Shown: piece after piece, positions 40,318 to 52,605 of the stretch
Numbering within the stretch: position 1 is the first letter of the stretch
Layout of the letters: each line of letters begins with the position of its first letter
NCBI RefSeq assembly: GCF_000143415.4
Contig: NW_003314440.1
Coordinates: 78,895-142,894 of the forward strand
Direction of reading: 5' to 3'
Source of the DNA: Selaginella moellendorffii
Taxonomy: Eukaryota > Plantae > Lycopodiophyta
DNA length: 64,000 nt
Program-made: the position numbers and the translations under genes
Notes under the pieces: generated by a model
Told to the model about the DNA's origin: nothing
What the model saw: the letters and a program-made list of their open reading frames with translations, nothing else
Databases searched by the model: none

Positions 40318-42429
40318 CAAATTTCATGATCCCTCGAGCTCTATTTGTTTCTTGTATGAAAGGAGTTGATATAATACGGCTGACTATTTACTCGAGCCAT
40401 TTTTCTACATCGTGGCTGCTGTCAATGCGACGATTCTCCTTGTAAACACCCCATATGAGCAGAGCACTGGCACCACCCCTCATCAATCCATCAAGACCCC
40501 AAGAATCCCCTCCATGCCACGTCCTTTGGTTTTGGTCAAACAGAGGATGCAGTTCAAGCTTAACCTAGTAACATGTGACCAGGCTAGTGTCTAACAGGTT
40601 TTACCATCCGTGTTCTATGACCTAATAGTCTACTGTCAGTTATGACCTGTTCTTGCGTTGTCTCAAAACGTCCAAATGTGATGTAGGAAAAATGAGCTAG
40701 TCTGCCATCACTTGTTTCAAGAGCTGTGTGGTCTTAGATACAGGAAAATTGAGCTAAGCTGACAGTTGAATGGAGATGGATTTCTGGTGATTGCTTCAGA
40801 AGAAATATCCAGGTCTACCATTGGTGATTTACGGCCAATCCTAGGAACACAAATCAAAACAGTGATAAGCTCTTGCTTGTTTCTTTGTACTATGATAATA
40901 AAGACGTTTGTTTCGCAGGTTTGGTAGAGGCTTGTAAAGCCATTGTTGGAAGCTACAAAGATGAGAGCAAGACGTTAATTTTAGTGACATTGAAGCTAGG
41001 AGTTCACCGTCTTTATTCTAAATTGCCACAGCTGCCACTAGGTTCTTGGGAACATGATGTGCTACAGATGTGCAAAGAAGGCAGAGGCAAGTTTATTTTG
41101 TGTATCTATTGAGTCCTGAACATTTTCTCCATTTTGCAGAGCTGTGTGATATGCTTGATGATGAGGATAACGATCCACAAAAGCGACCTCATTTCTAAGT
41201 TCATTGTGCATTTTATCTTACACTGCACGGCCAGAGGATGGGGAGGTGGAAGAACCTATTACATCAATGGGATATATATATGATATGAGCATCTCCCCTG
41301 GCACTATTGAAAATCTTTTCAATGATGTAAATGGAGAAAAAGAAGCTGAAAAGGTGTCCTGAAGGTCACCTGAAAGGTGTTTTGACGAGGTCAAGGTGTT
41401 TGACAATCTAAGCTTGTGTGTACCAGAGCACTCTTGTTCAGGAAATGGTCATTCAGATCTCCATGATGGCAAAGATTGATATGGCGTTTTCTGGGTGCCC
41501 ACATTGTACGTATGTGCTTCGTGCTGGAAATCCATGCTGTTGCCCTCTCTGGGCAAATGCAGTGATCATCGAGTTCAGCTCATGGAGTACACGAAGTCAC
41601 TGGACTATGAGAGAGATGGAAAATGTTGCCAAGGAAATGTAGCAAAGACAATTCAAGCTTTGGGACTAAAGGTCCTGACTGACTTTCCAACTTAGTGTGC
41701 AGGTTAAAGGTTGCTTGTAGTCTATTCTGGTAGACCTACTTAATATCCACTCTGTATTGTGAATGTATTCAGCTTTCAATTAGATTCTCATGCAATAACA
41801 CTAACGGCTGGTGTGGAAAGGTCTCGTCCAAGCTTTAAAATTTGCTAGAATATGCTGGCTTGAGAACAATAAATATAACAAGATTGCCATGCACACAATC
41901 TCATAGTGCGTTTTCCACGTTGGGCACTTGTTAAAGCAGGGCTCCTGTTCAGCATGAACTTGTACACTAGGAGGTCACAGTTGTGGAGCTTGAAGAAGGA
42001 GTAGAGCTTGACGATGTTCCTGGCCAATAACAATCTCATTTTTTGCCAATACTTTTTTGACTTGTCCTCCTCTTTTCAATTCTTTTATTATCTCTCTCTC
42101 TCTCTCTAGATGTGGAAGATCAAGCTGGCGTTCGTGGCAGAGAGGTCCATGGTGGGGAAGAACTTGGAGTGCATTCTTCTCCGCTACCCATGGTTCTTCA
42201 AGAGCAGCAACGTGACTATGGATGAGTGTATGCCACTGTTCAAGTGCCATGGCCTGGATGGCGAGAGGATGGCACAAAGCTTGGCTTGAGAAGGATATTT
42301 AAATGCTTGTTCCACTCTTTTGATGACCCTTCAAAACAGTATCTGTATTAATGCTTTCTCTCATCCTTCCACTGCTAATGTTTGGACTCATCTTCATGAT
42401 AATTATGGTCGGAAGACTATGACAGAGAC

Positions 42430-45400
42430 TTTTTATTTAGACGAACAGCTACTTCAACAAATACAATGGTTTTAAATTAAACACTCTTATTTAAAATTTA
42501 TCATAAATTATAATCTTATCTAAAATTATTATAGGTTTCCTCTAATTATAAAAAAGAAGAAAGAATTTAATACTACTAAAGGGTGATTTTTCTAAAGTTC
42601 TGTGTAGAGAAAATTGTACTTCTAGGTTATAAAATGTTGAATAACAGCTCAAAAAAAGAAAAAGGAAAGTTATTATAGCTATTTTATAACTACTTTCTTA
42701 GCGTCATACTCTCACTTTGAAAAACATCAATAAAGTAGAATTTATTTTGATTTAGATCCTTCATTAAAACATAGCTAATCACTTTTTAATGTAGTCTTCA
42801 AGCATTATTTTCCCCTACTGAAAATGTTGAAGTTTTATGTAATATTATAGTGAAATCCACACTAGACCACTATAGAACATGCCCTCTAGCATTAAAATGG
42901 ATGCACAAGTGTCTTTAACTTTCATTTTGTTCCACAGTTTACAAATATTGATTGAGAGTTGCTTCCTCTGACCAAACAGTCATCCTCATCATCCTTATGT
43001 TACAAATTCTAGAACTTCTTAATATCCAATTTACTGTAGTTAGAAGATTGATTAAGTATTTATAATTACTTTCTTCATCTTTGAATTTAGTTCCAAATTC
43101 AAGTGCACTATAAAAGAAGAATATTAATTTTTATAGAAGTAGAATAGAGTTAATAGCTGAAATTTATTATTGGGTTGAGATCCAGAATGAATACCATAGA
43201 TGTCAGGATGTCTATTGATACCATGTCCCTTGAATCTTTCCCAGGGTGCTATCAGTCATTGGATTATGCATGACTGCAATAGCCTTTAATGTGTTTGACA
43301 ACTAATCTTTTCACTAGGAATATCTAGTCACTCTATAGAGAATTCTTAGAGAACTGATTACAATTAAGTACAGTTTAGTTATATGATCTCTTTTAAACTT
43401 AAAGCAAACTATATTACTGCACAAAATTATTAAGTGGTTTGGAGTGTTAAGTTTTTTCTTTAGAAATATTTTTTTGTGCTAAAAAATTTTATAGCCATAA
43501 ATTTATGCTACAAAATTAAAAATCATTTACAGTTAAATTTTTGTTCAAAAAAAATTCTTAATTAGCTTAGATATAGAAGTCTTATAAAATAGAATTGTAT
43601 CTTAGTTTTTGTAAGCAGTCTTTTAGGTTTTATATAGCTAGATATAAAATAAATATCATTCCCAATCTACAATGAATTTGGAGAAGCTTTAGAAGAGTTC
43701 CCTAGAAGTATCATCAAGTTTTCCCCATATAGTTTTCCTTAATGCTAGAACTTTTTTCTCTCTCCTTTCTTTTCTTTGTATTATTTTTCATTCTTTTTTT
43801 TGCAATAGTTATTTATAATGCATATGATCATGGAATGAGATTTGAATATATATTATCACTGTGAATTCTTGAAACTTTAAGTGATATATAAAGATAAAAT
43901 AACCACTAAGAACTCTCTCATCAAGAAATTATCCCTTTTCTAATTAACTTAAAAGGAGATAAATAAAGTGTGTATATATTGTATCAAAAATTACATTTCA
44001 ATGAGTATTATCCATTGAGATTGGGCAACTAATTTTATTATATATGTAGAAATGAAAATGATGATCTGAGTAGGTACATATTTGGTCACTATGACTTTGC
44101 ATGTGTCATTTGGGTATAGATTTTGGTTACTCTTTTATACCATATTATATAAATTTACACTTGGGCTCATAAGATGAATTTGCCCATTTGTATGAGTTTA
44201 CACTTAAGCCCATGAGTGAGACACATTAGCAACTTGAGTTGGCAAAATTAATGCTAGCCTATTAATGGTTACCATAAGTTATTACTATGTTACCGTGGGT
44301 AAAAATAAACTTCTTTTAGGTTTGCAATGAGTGGTAAATAAATTAATTTGTAATTGTTTAATATGACACTAGTGGATCCTTTCTAAGCATGATTATGAGT
44401 GGATCAATTAAAACTGTAAGGATTAGTTTATTAGTTGTTGTCATACTCTTTTATAAACTTTTCTTAGGCTGGATTAAAGATAATGTGAATGCAGTCAAGT
44501 TAACCAAAATGAGAGTTATCAAGGACAAAGGATTAAACATGTAAATCATCTTTTCTTCTGTAAAACCTTTTTTTATCCTATTATTCGAGGGTGGTCTAAA
44601 TTTGAGTTGAGGTCATAAGTTGAGCTCAACTCAGCACAAGTCAACTCAAGTCAATGTAGTTAACTAGAAGTCTTACAAAGGAAATCTAAATTGAAGAAAT
44701 GAAAGTTTTAACAAACTTTAAAATATTGAAATATGTAAGTACTTGGGTTAAATATTTTCATAAAATTGAGTCCTTTCGAAAAGATAAAGTTTATAAGAAT
44801 GTATCTTTTTTAAAGCTATATTATTTTACTATGAACTACTTTTACAATTATTACATTTTGGTTTTCTTGGTTTCTTACACATTTTGACAGGTAGACATTA
44901 TTAATCTATGTCAGTTAAAATAATATACATTTATATATTAGTCCTTCATTTGAAAGATTTTTCTGGGGTTCTTGAAAAGATGAGGAGTAAGAAAATAAAA
45001 GATCTGTGAGTAAAAGTTGTAATGTAAATGAATGTGAGAATGTTAATTTCATTTCACTACTACAATTTTTATATTACATTTCTAGTCGTTAATGTGAAGA
45101 CTACTATCACCATTGATAAAAATGCTTTAAACCCTAAACCCTAAATACTTGATTGAAATGCTTCTGTTATTTCCAAAACAAAAATCTATAGTAAGAGAAA
45201 TGAAAAAATGAATAGCACGGTGGAAAGCACCAACAAATCTACTCCATAAAATTTTCTATGGCATTTGTAATTTATATATTAATTCATATAAAAACTATGT
45301 TACTTACCTATATTGCAATCCTCCCATATGAGAAAACCAAAGTATATTTTCACAGTTAAGAGTTTTCAAGAATTGTTTATAAATAATAATAATAACAATT

Positions 45401-46190
45401 GAAATCTTTTGAAAGACTTAAAAGTAATATTACATTAAAAATCAACTCTATTTACATTTCCAAGATTGAAAGACAATTTCACACAAGAGAATGCTAGTGT
45501 ATCAATGTGCCTCACCACTATAATGTATTTTATATTTCCTTGTAGACTATTTCCCTAAAAAATTGGCATAAGTATAGAAAAGAATATATGTGTAGTGGAG
45601 TAGGTTTTCATCAGAATGATAAAGTATGTGTATACACGATAATCTAGAATTCTAGAAGCTCTTATGTTTACAAGAAAACTATGATTATGAAACCCCATTT
45701 CCAAGACTGATATTTAAAGAATTTGTAAGGTTTAGGGTAGTGTCATAATAAATAAACCTCATTCTCAAAATTAAAAATTAGTATATAAACTACTATTGTC
45801 ATAGTTTTTTTAATGTCCTTTAGCTCTTTAAAAGTTTATATAAAAATGGTTCAAAGGAAAATCATTATTACTTGTATTTAACCCTCTAGTATTTCATATA
45901 AATCTCCACCTCCATCTTTATGTTCTATTAACATTTTACTTTCACCTTCATATAACAATTCTCTTTCTATTGAAGGCTTTAGTGAAGTTGAATTATATAT
46001 GAAATTCCAGGTCTTGTTACTAAAGAAAGATTGCCTTTAACACTTCAAGAGTAATGCCACATGTTTTTGCAAGATTTTGCTCCTAACACGGCATGTTACT
46101 TGAAAGCATAGAATGCTATGATATTTGAACCCTAATTCTTCCAAAGTAAGGAATATTCGCCCGCATCTCCTCTCAATAAAAGAGTAAAAA
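42430..46190. other. AT-rich, CpG-poor non-coding block (probably decayed repeats), with isolated telomere-like motifs
   Basis: Abrupt compositional shift; almost no ORFs of 60 aa or more; AAACCCTAAACCCTAAA near 45129-45145. Confidence 0.6.
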
Positions 46191-46229
46191 TTCAGGGTTT
46201 TTCTCCAGAAGCAGCAGAAGAATGAGGAG

Positions 46230-47668
46230 ATGAAGGATCTGAACAAGGATTCAAGCGGCGGCGATGATCAGGTAATGATCTCTCTCTCAAGCTCAGTCCC
46301 ACTTAGGGTTTCCCGCTAGGTCACAGTGACGATCCACTTCGCTGAGCCGGATCTGGTCTACACTATCCACTACAGCGGTGGAGTGCCGGCGCAGGCAGCC
46401 TTCGACGAGAGCGTTGAGAAGGGGATCTCTGAGTTCCTGGAAGCGACGGGGATGTCCAAGGAGGACTTTGTGAGCCATCCAGAAGGTATGTGGTCCAAGC
46501 CTTGTTTCTGGTCGACAAAAGTTGAACTCTTTGTTCTTCTGCAGCGAATCTGGATGGGAAGACGGTGGCGGAGTGGGCCAAAAACGCTGTTCCTCGGGTG
46601 ATCCTCACCACCAAGCCGAAGAATGGGCTTCTTCACAAGCTGCAGTGGAAGACGAGGGAAGCCCAGATCGCCAGGCAAGTGATGGGTGCGCAGGAGGAAA
46701 CGGCGAGGCAGAAGGGTGTGGCGATGGCCAGAGCTGTGATGCTGAATCCGCAGCAGGAGCAGCTGGGGCGGCTGCAGAGCGAGAAGAATCAGCTGAAGTA
46801 CCAGCTGCTTGCCGCGCAGGAGGAGCTAAAGAGGAAGGTGGAGTCCGAGAAGCAGCAGGTGATGATCAGGGAGGCCGAGCAGCAGCAGATGAAGATCAGG
46901 GAGGCGGCTCAGAAGGAGGCGAGGAAGCAGGAGGAGGAGGCTGCGAAGGTGGCGAAGAAGAGGCATGACCAGCTGGTGAACCACATCGACAGCCTCCAGC
47001 GCCAGCTGCAAGAGAAGCGGGAGGAGCTGGACACGCACAAGAAGCTCCTCCGGGAGCAGCGAGATCTGCTGGGCAAGCAGAGCGAGCTTGTCCAGCAGGA
47101 GGTTGACAAGCAGGCACAAATCTTGCACAAGGAACTGGAGGAGAAGCAAGCCGAGCACGAAGCTGAAAAGCTTCTCCTCCAGGAGGTCACGGAGAAACTA
47201 GAGCTCTACAATGCGGAGAGGCAGTACCGGGACAATGACAGCAAACAAAAGAAATCCCTCCAGAAGGACCTGGAGAGAAAGAAGGTGGAGAAAGCGAGTG
47301 ATGAGATGACGATCGTGGGCCTGGAGAAGCAGATATGGGAGCTCAGTAGCAGGGTGGCGAGCTTGGAGCAGGAGAATGGGAAGCTCAGGAGCAGGGTGGC
47401 GAGCCTGGAGCAGGAGAATGGGAAGCTCAGCAGCAGGGTGGCGAGCCTGGAGCAGGAGAATGGGAAGCTTAGGAGCAGGGTGGCGAGCCTGGAGCTCCAG
47501 AATTCCACGCTCGTGTAGAAGAACGAGGAGATGAGCACCCTGTTCTTCAAGGAGATGAAGGAGCTGCGGGACATGATGAGCACTCAGGAGGAGGAGCACA
47601 AGATCACTGTTGGGGCCCTGTGCAAAAGGATTGACGAGCTTAAGACTGGTCGCCCGGTCCCGGTGTAA
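46230..47668 (+). pseudogene. Three-exon coiled-coil protein gene with an in-frame TAG at 47516-47518 and a 42-bp tandem repeat
   Basis: Exons 46230-46271, 46320-46485, 46545 onward join in frame via GT..AG; (RVASLEQENGKL[R/S]S)x~3.5 at ~47340-47500; frame continues 49 codons past TAG to TAA 47668. Confidence 0.6.
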
Positions 47669-47892
47669 GCTTCCTCTTCCCATCGATGGATTGAATCGAT
47701 TGATGCCAGCTTTTTTCCTTTTAGTTTCTGGTTTTCTACCATCGCCCCCTTTATTTTCTGCTTAGCTACTATGTTTTCTACATGAATATATCTACAACGA
47801 TCCCCCTGGGATTCTCGTCACTGGCGAACTGGCATTGGAGATGTGATCAGCTTTGATCCCCCCGGCTCGCTGGAGGAGGCAGGGGGGATCCG

Positions 47893-47964
47893 GTTTAGGG
47901 TTTTAGGGTTTAGGGTTTGGGGTTTTAGGGTTTAGGGTTGGGGGTTTTGGGTTTTGGGTTTTGG
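47893..47964 (+). repeat. Degenerate interstitial telomeric tract (innermost, oldest chromosome end)
   Basis: TTTAGGG/TTTTAGGG/TTTTGGG variants. Confidence 0.85.
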
Positions 47965-48114
47965 AATTGCGATTAGCCAAAAGCACTCCACATTGCTTGA
48001 TCCAGTGGAACTCAAGAATGCTAGAGATTAGCTATGGCAATCTGAGATAAGAGGAAAAACTAGAGAAAATTTATAATGAAAAATTCACTAAAGGGAAAGG
48101 AAATACATTGGCAT

Positions 48115-48167
48115 GACAACCCGAGACCGGTTTTGTCCTTTTTGGGACTCATCAGCCGGGTGTAGTC
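48115..48167 (-). ncRNA. Type-I hammerhead ribozyme with mutated core (GAAA to AAAA)
   Basis: Minus strand ACCCGG CUGAUGA GUCC-caaaaa-GGAC AAAA CCGGUC UCGGGU; 52/53 identical to the copy at 58529. Confidence 0.85.
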
Positions 48168-49019
48168 ACCATGAAAATGGTCTAACCTAGCCCCTCTTTT
48201 CCTCTATTTATACCCAGATGCCTTAAGAATATTCAAGAAGCTTTGAAAATATCCAACTGTTTTAGAATTTCAAAGATCTTGTGGTGGAGTGTGAGCAGGC
48301 AAGCTTGGAGGAACAGCCTCACAGACTTGGTTGTCACTAGCCACTTATCTTATATATTATGATGGTGGTATTGATTGCTATTATTATGAGTTTATTTTCT
48401 ACAAATTTTGGTTTGTAGAAAATAAAATATGAGTTTTAATGACATCTTTGTGCAAGGCACAAGATGTGATAGTCCCTTGAAATTTCAGAAAAATTTCAGA
48501 GAAGAGGTGGTGGTGATTTTAATTAGCTCAGTATATTTCCCTCAAATTTGGTTTGTAGAGAATAGATGTGAACTTCAATGATATCACTGTGCAAGGCACA
48601 AGATATAATAATCAATTGAAATTTCAAAAAAGTTGAAAATTTCAAAGACTGAAATAGGAAATAAACAAGTTTAGTGGTGTGAAGCTTATTCATAGCAGTA
48701 TATTGTGAACGGTGATGGTGATGGATATCAGCCATGCAGCACGTCCTAATTGTTCCTTATCATGTTTAATAGCCAACCTCATAAGTTATTTCAAAGCATC
48801 AGAATATTTCAGGAATATTCCACTCCGACTTTGCAAGAGGTAGCTTATTCATAGCAGTATATTGTGAACGGTGATGGTGATGGATATCAGCCATGCAGCA
48901 CGTCCTAATTGTTCGTCATCATGTTCAAAAAAATATTTCAAAGCATCAGAATATTCCAGGAATATTCCACTCCGAGTTTGCAAGAGGTAGCTTTGGGCAA
49001 GTCCAAGGTAGCTTATCCA

Positions 49020-50940
49020 CGCCAAGTGGGAAGCAAGGTTTGGGGACCGTGTCCAGCATGTGATCACTCTGGGGAGTGAGGAACTTCAGAAATCACCTGT
49101 TTAGGGTTTAGGGTGTTCCCCACATCAAGTGCTGCACTATGGAGAGTATAAGGCAGTTTGAAAATGAGGGGGGCCTGTAGACTATTGCTACTGGATTTGC
49201 GTGATGGAGAGTAGAGCACATTATTTCGGTCCGTATAATGGATTGTCCGGAAAGCTTCAATAAGGAAGGCTCTTGGGTGTCCACGTGCACGGAGACGAGT
49301 ATAGAAAAGCTTGCGAATTGCACAGAAGCTCTCAGGGTTACTCTCTCGTAGGAGGTAACACCGAAGTTCAGCACGAATAAAGGCAATCTTTTGGTGTCGA
49401 GGATGCGTTGAGTTCCATGGAAGATATTGGTATGCATTTAGTGGCTTTTGAAAGGTGGTGGAGTCTAGGCACCTGCATTTCTCAAAGCATGGGCCTTTGA
49501 AAAAATGGATGTCTAGAATATCCATAGATTCAAATGAGATCACTGAGGTGATCTTTATAGAATTGCAGAGGCTTCCATAGCTAGCCAACCAGCATTCCAA
49601 GCTCTCTTTTGATCCATCCCAAATTCCAACACCATCGCTTAAGATATATTGGCCATTTAGAAGAGGTGGCCTTAAACTCGTCCTCGAGGGAGCAAAGAAA
49701 AAGGCAAGCATACACCACAGCAAAGTTTGACCCCATAGCAGTGCCTTGGATTTGAAGGAAATAACTCCCATCGAACTCAACATAATTGTGTTCAAGGATG
49801 AGTCCTGCAGCAGCCATGATAAAGCGTGCTTGCATTGAATCTCCAAAATTGCTATATACAAATTTATGGAGGCAATAGAGCCCTTCACGTGTGGGAATGC
49901 TCGGGTAGAGCGACTCCACATCAAAAGTGAAGAGGAGGCAGTCTTTTGGGAGCTGTTGTTTATGAAGATCATGAAGGAGGGTGTGGGAGTCCATAAGAAA
50001 GGTTTCCTGTTGGAGGAGAATGCCAAAAAGTTGGCGGTGAAGCCATTTTGCAAGTGGCTCCCAAATGTAGCCAACATAGCTAGCAATTGGTCTCCCACGA
50101 ATTGGCTGCTTATGTATTTTTGGAAGAAAATACAACAAACAAGCTTTACGTGGAGGTGAGGTACTTGGCTGTGTTCTTGTCCAGCCACGAGCAAGATTTA
50201 CACTTCAGGAGAAGTTCGAGGAGGCGCTCATGCATGGGTTGATGTGGAATCGACTCAACTCTCTTGTAGACAAGAGGATCATTGAGTTGGCGCATAGCCT
50301 CTTGAATGTACCACGTGCAGTCCAGAACAACTACGCCGAGGTTTTTGTCGGCTGGCTTAATCACAATACTATGATCGTGTCGCAGCGCAAGGACTGCATC
50401 ACGTCTCTAAACCCTAAACCGACCCTAAACCGGTCTCCATCCTCTTAGAAAAGATCGAGGTCTTTTACAACAGGAAAGACGTTGGAGAAGGTGCTCTTGA
50501 ATGCGGGCAACTCGTGACTCCATGTGCCAGGAAGCAGGGGGAGGATCAAAGTTTGGGTTGGGAACCCGAAACTCTGGTATAAGACTGTTGCTGTCCTTAA
50601 ACGAATGACGAAGACGGACTGAGCGTTGAAAGTCATCTAAGCATTCCATAATCTTTTTGGCCGTGAGAGGCACTGGATTAGGAATGAATGAGAGCCCAAG
50701 AGCAAGGAGGCGCTTTTCAGCGGCACTCAACATGCGAGAAGACAAATTGTGAACAGCACCAATCTCCACTCTATTTTCTAGCTGGGAAACTTTTTGATTG
50801 CCGGCAAAATGAAGTAAAGCTTCATGCGGGGCAATCAAAGGTAGCCAGAAACTTTTGCCTTGCCTTTTCTGTCCACAGGCACTGCCGTAACTGGAGAGTG
50901 CGGGCGTTGCTGTGGAGGCGAGTTTCTTCCCAAGCCATAG
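49020..50940 (-). pseudogene. Penelope-type reverse transcriptase, disrupted
   Basis: VHNLSS..LS..EK.LLALGLSFIP, IKPADKNLGVVV, LPKIHK..RPI, FDVESLYPSIP, GTAMGSNFA, QKPLNAYQYLPWNSTHP, RARGHP, CWTRSPNL; frameshifts, YxDD deleted, telomeric insertion. Confidence 0.9.
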
Positions 50941-52518
50941 CGTTGGGTTCGTTCGTGGAGTGGGGTGTTGTTGTGGTGCTGTGAGGGCTGCATCGCTTGT
51001 CCTCTGGGAGGTGAAGGTGGTTTCTGGTTCTGAGTTGGCTGGCGTTGTTGGGCTGCTGGAGGAGGTCGTGGTGTAGTCTGGCGCCCTCGGCCGCTTGGCC
51101 AGTTCGGTTGGGACCGTGGGGGTCGACCGTTTCCTCGAGACTGGCGTTGGCCACCTCTGCCAGTCATGGCTGGCTGGGAACCAAGCACGGTTGGAGATTG
51201 CTGGTGCAAGGGACCCCTTGAAGAAAAACCCGGGGCATCGGAATGGGTGGGAGGAGTCCCAGTAACCACATTCCGCCCCTGCTCGTTTCCCTGCCGTCCA
51301 TGGGTAACGTCACGTTCACCACTGGGGAGAGAAACCTTGCGTGTCTTTGAAGAGCCTGCTTCACGTATGTGGAGTGAGGTATCCGTCCTTTGCTGTCGTT
51401 TGCCTTGTGATCTGGTGCCTCTGCCAGCATCTTCGTGGTGTTGTCTCGGAATTCCACGCTCCCTCTCCTTCCACATCTTGTCAAAGCAGCTCTGGACAAG
51501 CATCTTAACAGTGTCTTCCTTGGGCAGTGTCTCCGCCTTGGCTCGTGCAGCATCCTCTGCAGCTTCCCTTTGCTTGCGAGCATTTTCCTTTTTGCTCTCC
51601 TCAACTCCATATGCCACTGCTCCAATTGCAGTCGCACGTTGGTATTCAGCTATCAACTGATGCTTGCGGGCATTGAGAGTATGTGTGACAGCCTCTCGTT
51701 GTGCATTGCCACAAGCCTGCAAAGCACAGTGAACAAAATCATCCATTCGATCATTGAAACGTTGAGAGAGTCCATGGTTGATGAGATCCGCAAGGGTAGC
51801 AGCCTCAGCCTCTCGTGCCTTGAGCAGAGAATCAAGAAGGCCCTTCAAGTATTGTTCGTGGATTGCTTTGATGCTGGCATCAAGAAGTTCCTGACCGTGA
51901 GAGGTCACCTCAAGCTTTGGCACACGAATGCGAAGGTCTTGAGGGAACTGCTTTTTATCACGGAGCTGAGTCAATCTCTTCACAGCCTTGTGAGCTTGAT
52001 TTAGAGACTTGAGCTCGTTCATGAATTCCTTGATCGAGCATTCAAGGATGGCAGAAAGAGCCTCATCAAGCCTACCAAGTCCCTCAGTCGAGGAGCTAGT
52101 GAGGGCATTGCCAGGGGCAAGGAAAGGTGGCAACTGCTGTGGAAGAGTGTTTCCAGTAGCAGAAATGCCAGCACTATTCTGCAACACTGTGAAGAGGTCT
52201 ACCAATCCAGAGAATGGAGTAGATGATGGCACAGCTGGGGATGAAAAAGGTGGTGGGATTGAAGTTGTTGATGAAAAGAGTGTTGGTAAAGTGGAGGCCA
52301 TGGAGAAAGGTGGTGTGGTGGAGAAGGTTAATGGAACAGGAGGCGAGATGGAGAAAGTTGGTGGAGTATGAGGTGTTGTAGCAAAGAGTAGAGGGCTAGT
52401 TGTCGATGGAGTAGGTGTATGGATGGTTGTAGTTGTGAGCACAGAGGTACATGCAAGCGTAGACATGGGTGCATATGCTGGTGCATGTGGTGAGAGTGTT
52501 GGAACTGACGTTTGAGGT
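50835..52518 (-). CDS. PLE ORF1 (Pro/Thr/Ser-rich N-terminus, central coiled coil, basic low-complexity C-terminus); reading frame is open up to the telomeric cap
   Basis: 543-aa ORF extends in frame upstream of ATG 52466 (PKPPQTSVPTLSPHAPAYAP) into CCCTAAA, so it is 5'-truncated. Confidence 0.75.
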
Positions 52519-52605
52519 GGTTTAGGGTTTAGGGTTTAGGATTTAGGTGCGTTTAGGCGTTTAGGGTCAAAGACACCCCGTGGTGCTGCAATCCGGCGAG
52601 ATCGC
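52519..52605 (-). repeat. Telomeric tract with variant units plus 39-nt PLE 3' terminus (cap copy A)
   Basis: TTTAGGG..TTTAGGTGCGTTTAGGCGTTTAGGG-TCAAAGACACCCCG(T/C)GGTGCTGCAATCCGGCGAGATCGC; recurs at 58369, 59588, 60793, 63223. Confidence 0.9.

Larger units (their letters stand above)
47965..52518 (-). mobile_element. Endonuclease-deficient Penelope-like retroelement (old copy), 5'-truncated and capped by telomeric repeats on both sides
   Basis: ORF1 plus PLE-type RT, hammerhead in the 3' region, no GIY-YIG; 3' end abuts tract 47893-47964 and 5' end abuts tract 52519-52566. Confidence 0.9.

Noticed and set aside
41930-42290. mTERF-like fragment (KIKLAFVAE...ILLRYPWFFKSS)
   Set aside because: Short, preceded by stops, resemblance by eye only; too weak to call.
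42300-42430. Copia gag-like remnant
   Set aside because: Too degenerate; no LTR or pol motifs nearby.
50407-50430. 24-nt GT..AG micro-intron in the RT
   Set aside because: Much shorter than the ~50-nt introns here; the flanking 5-bp duplication better fits an insertion.
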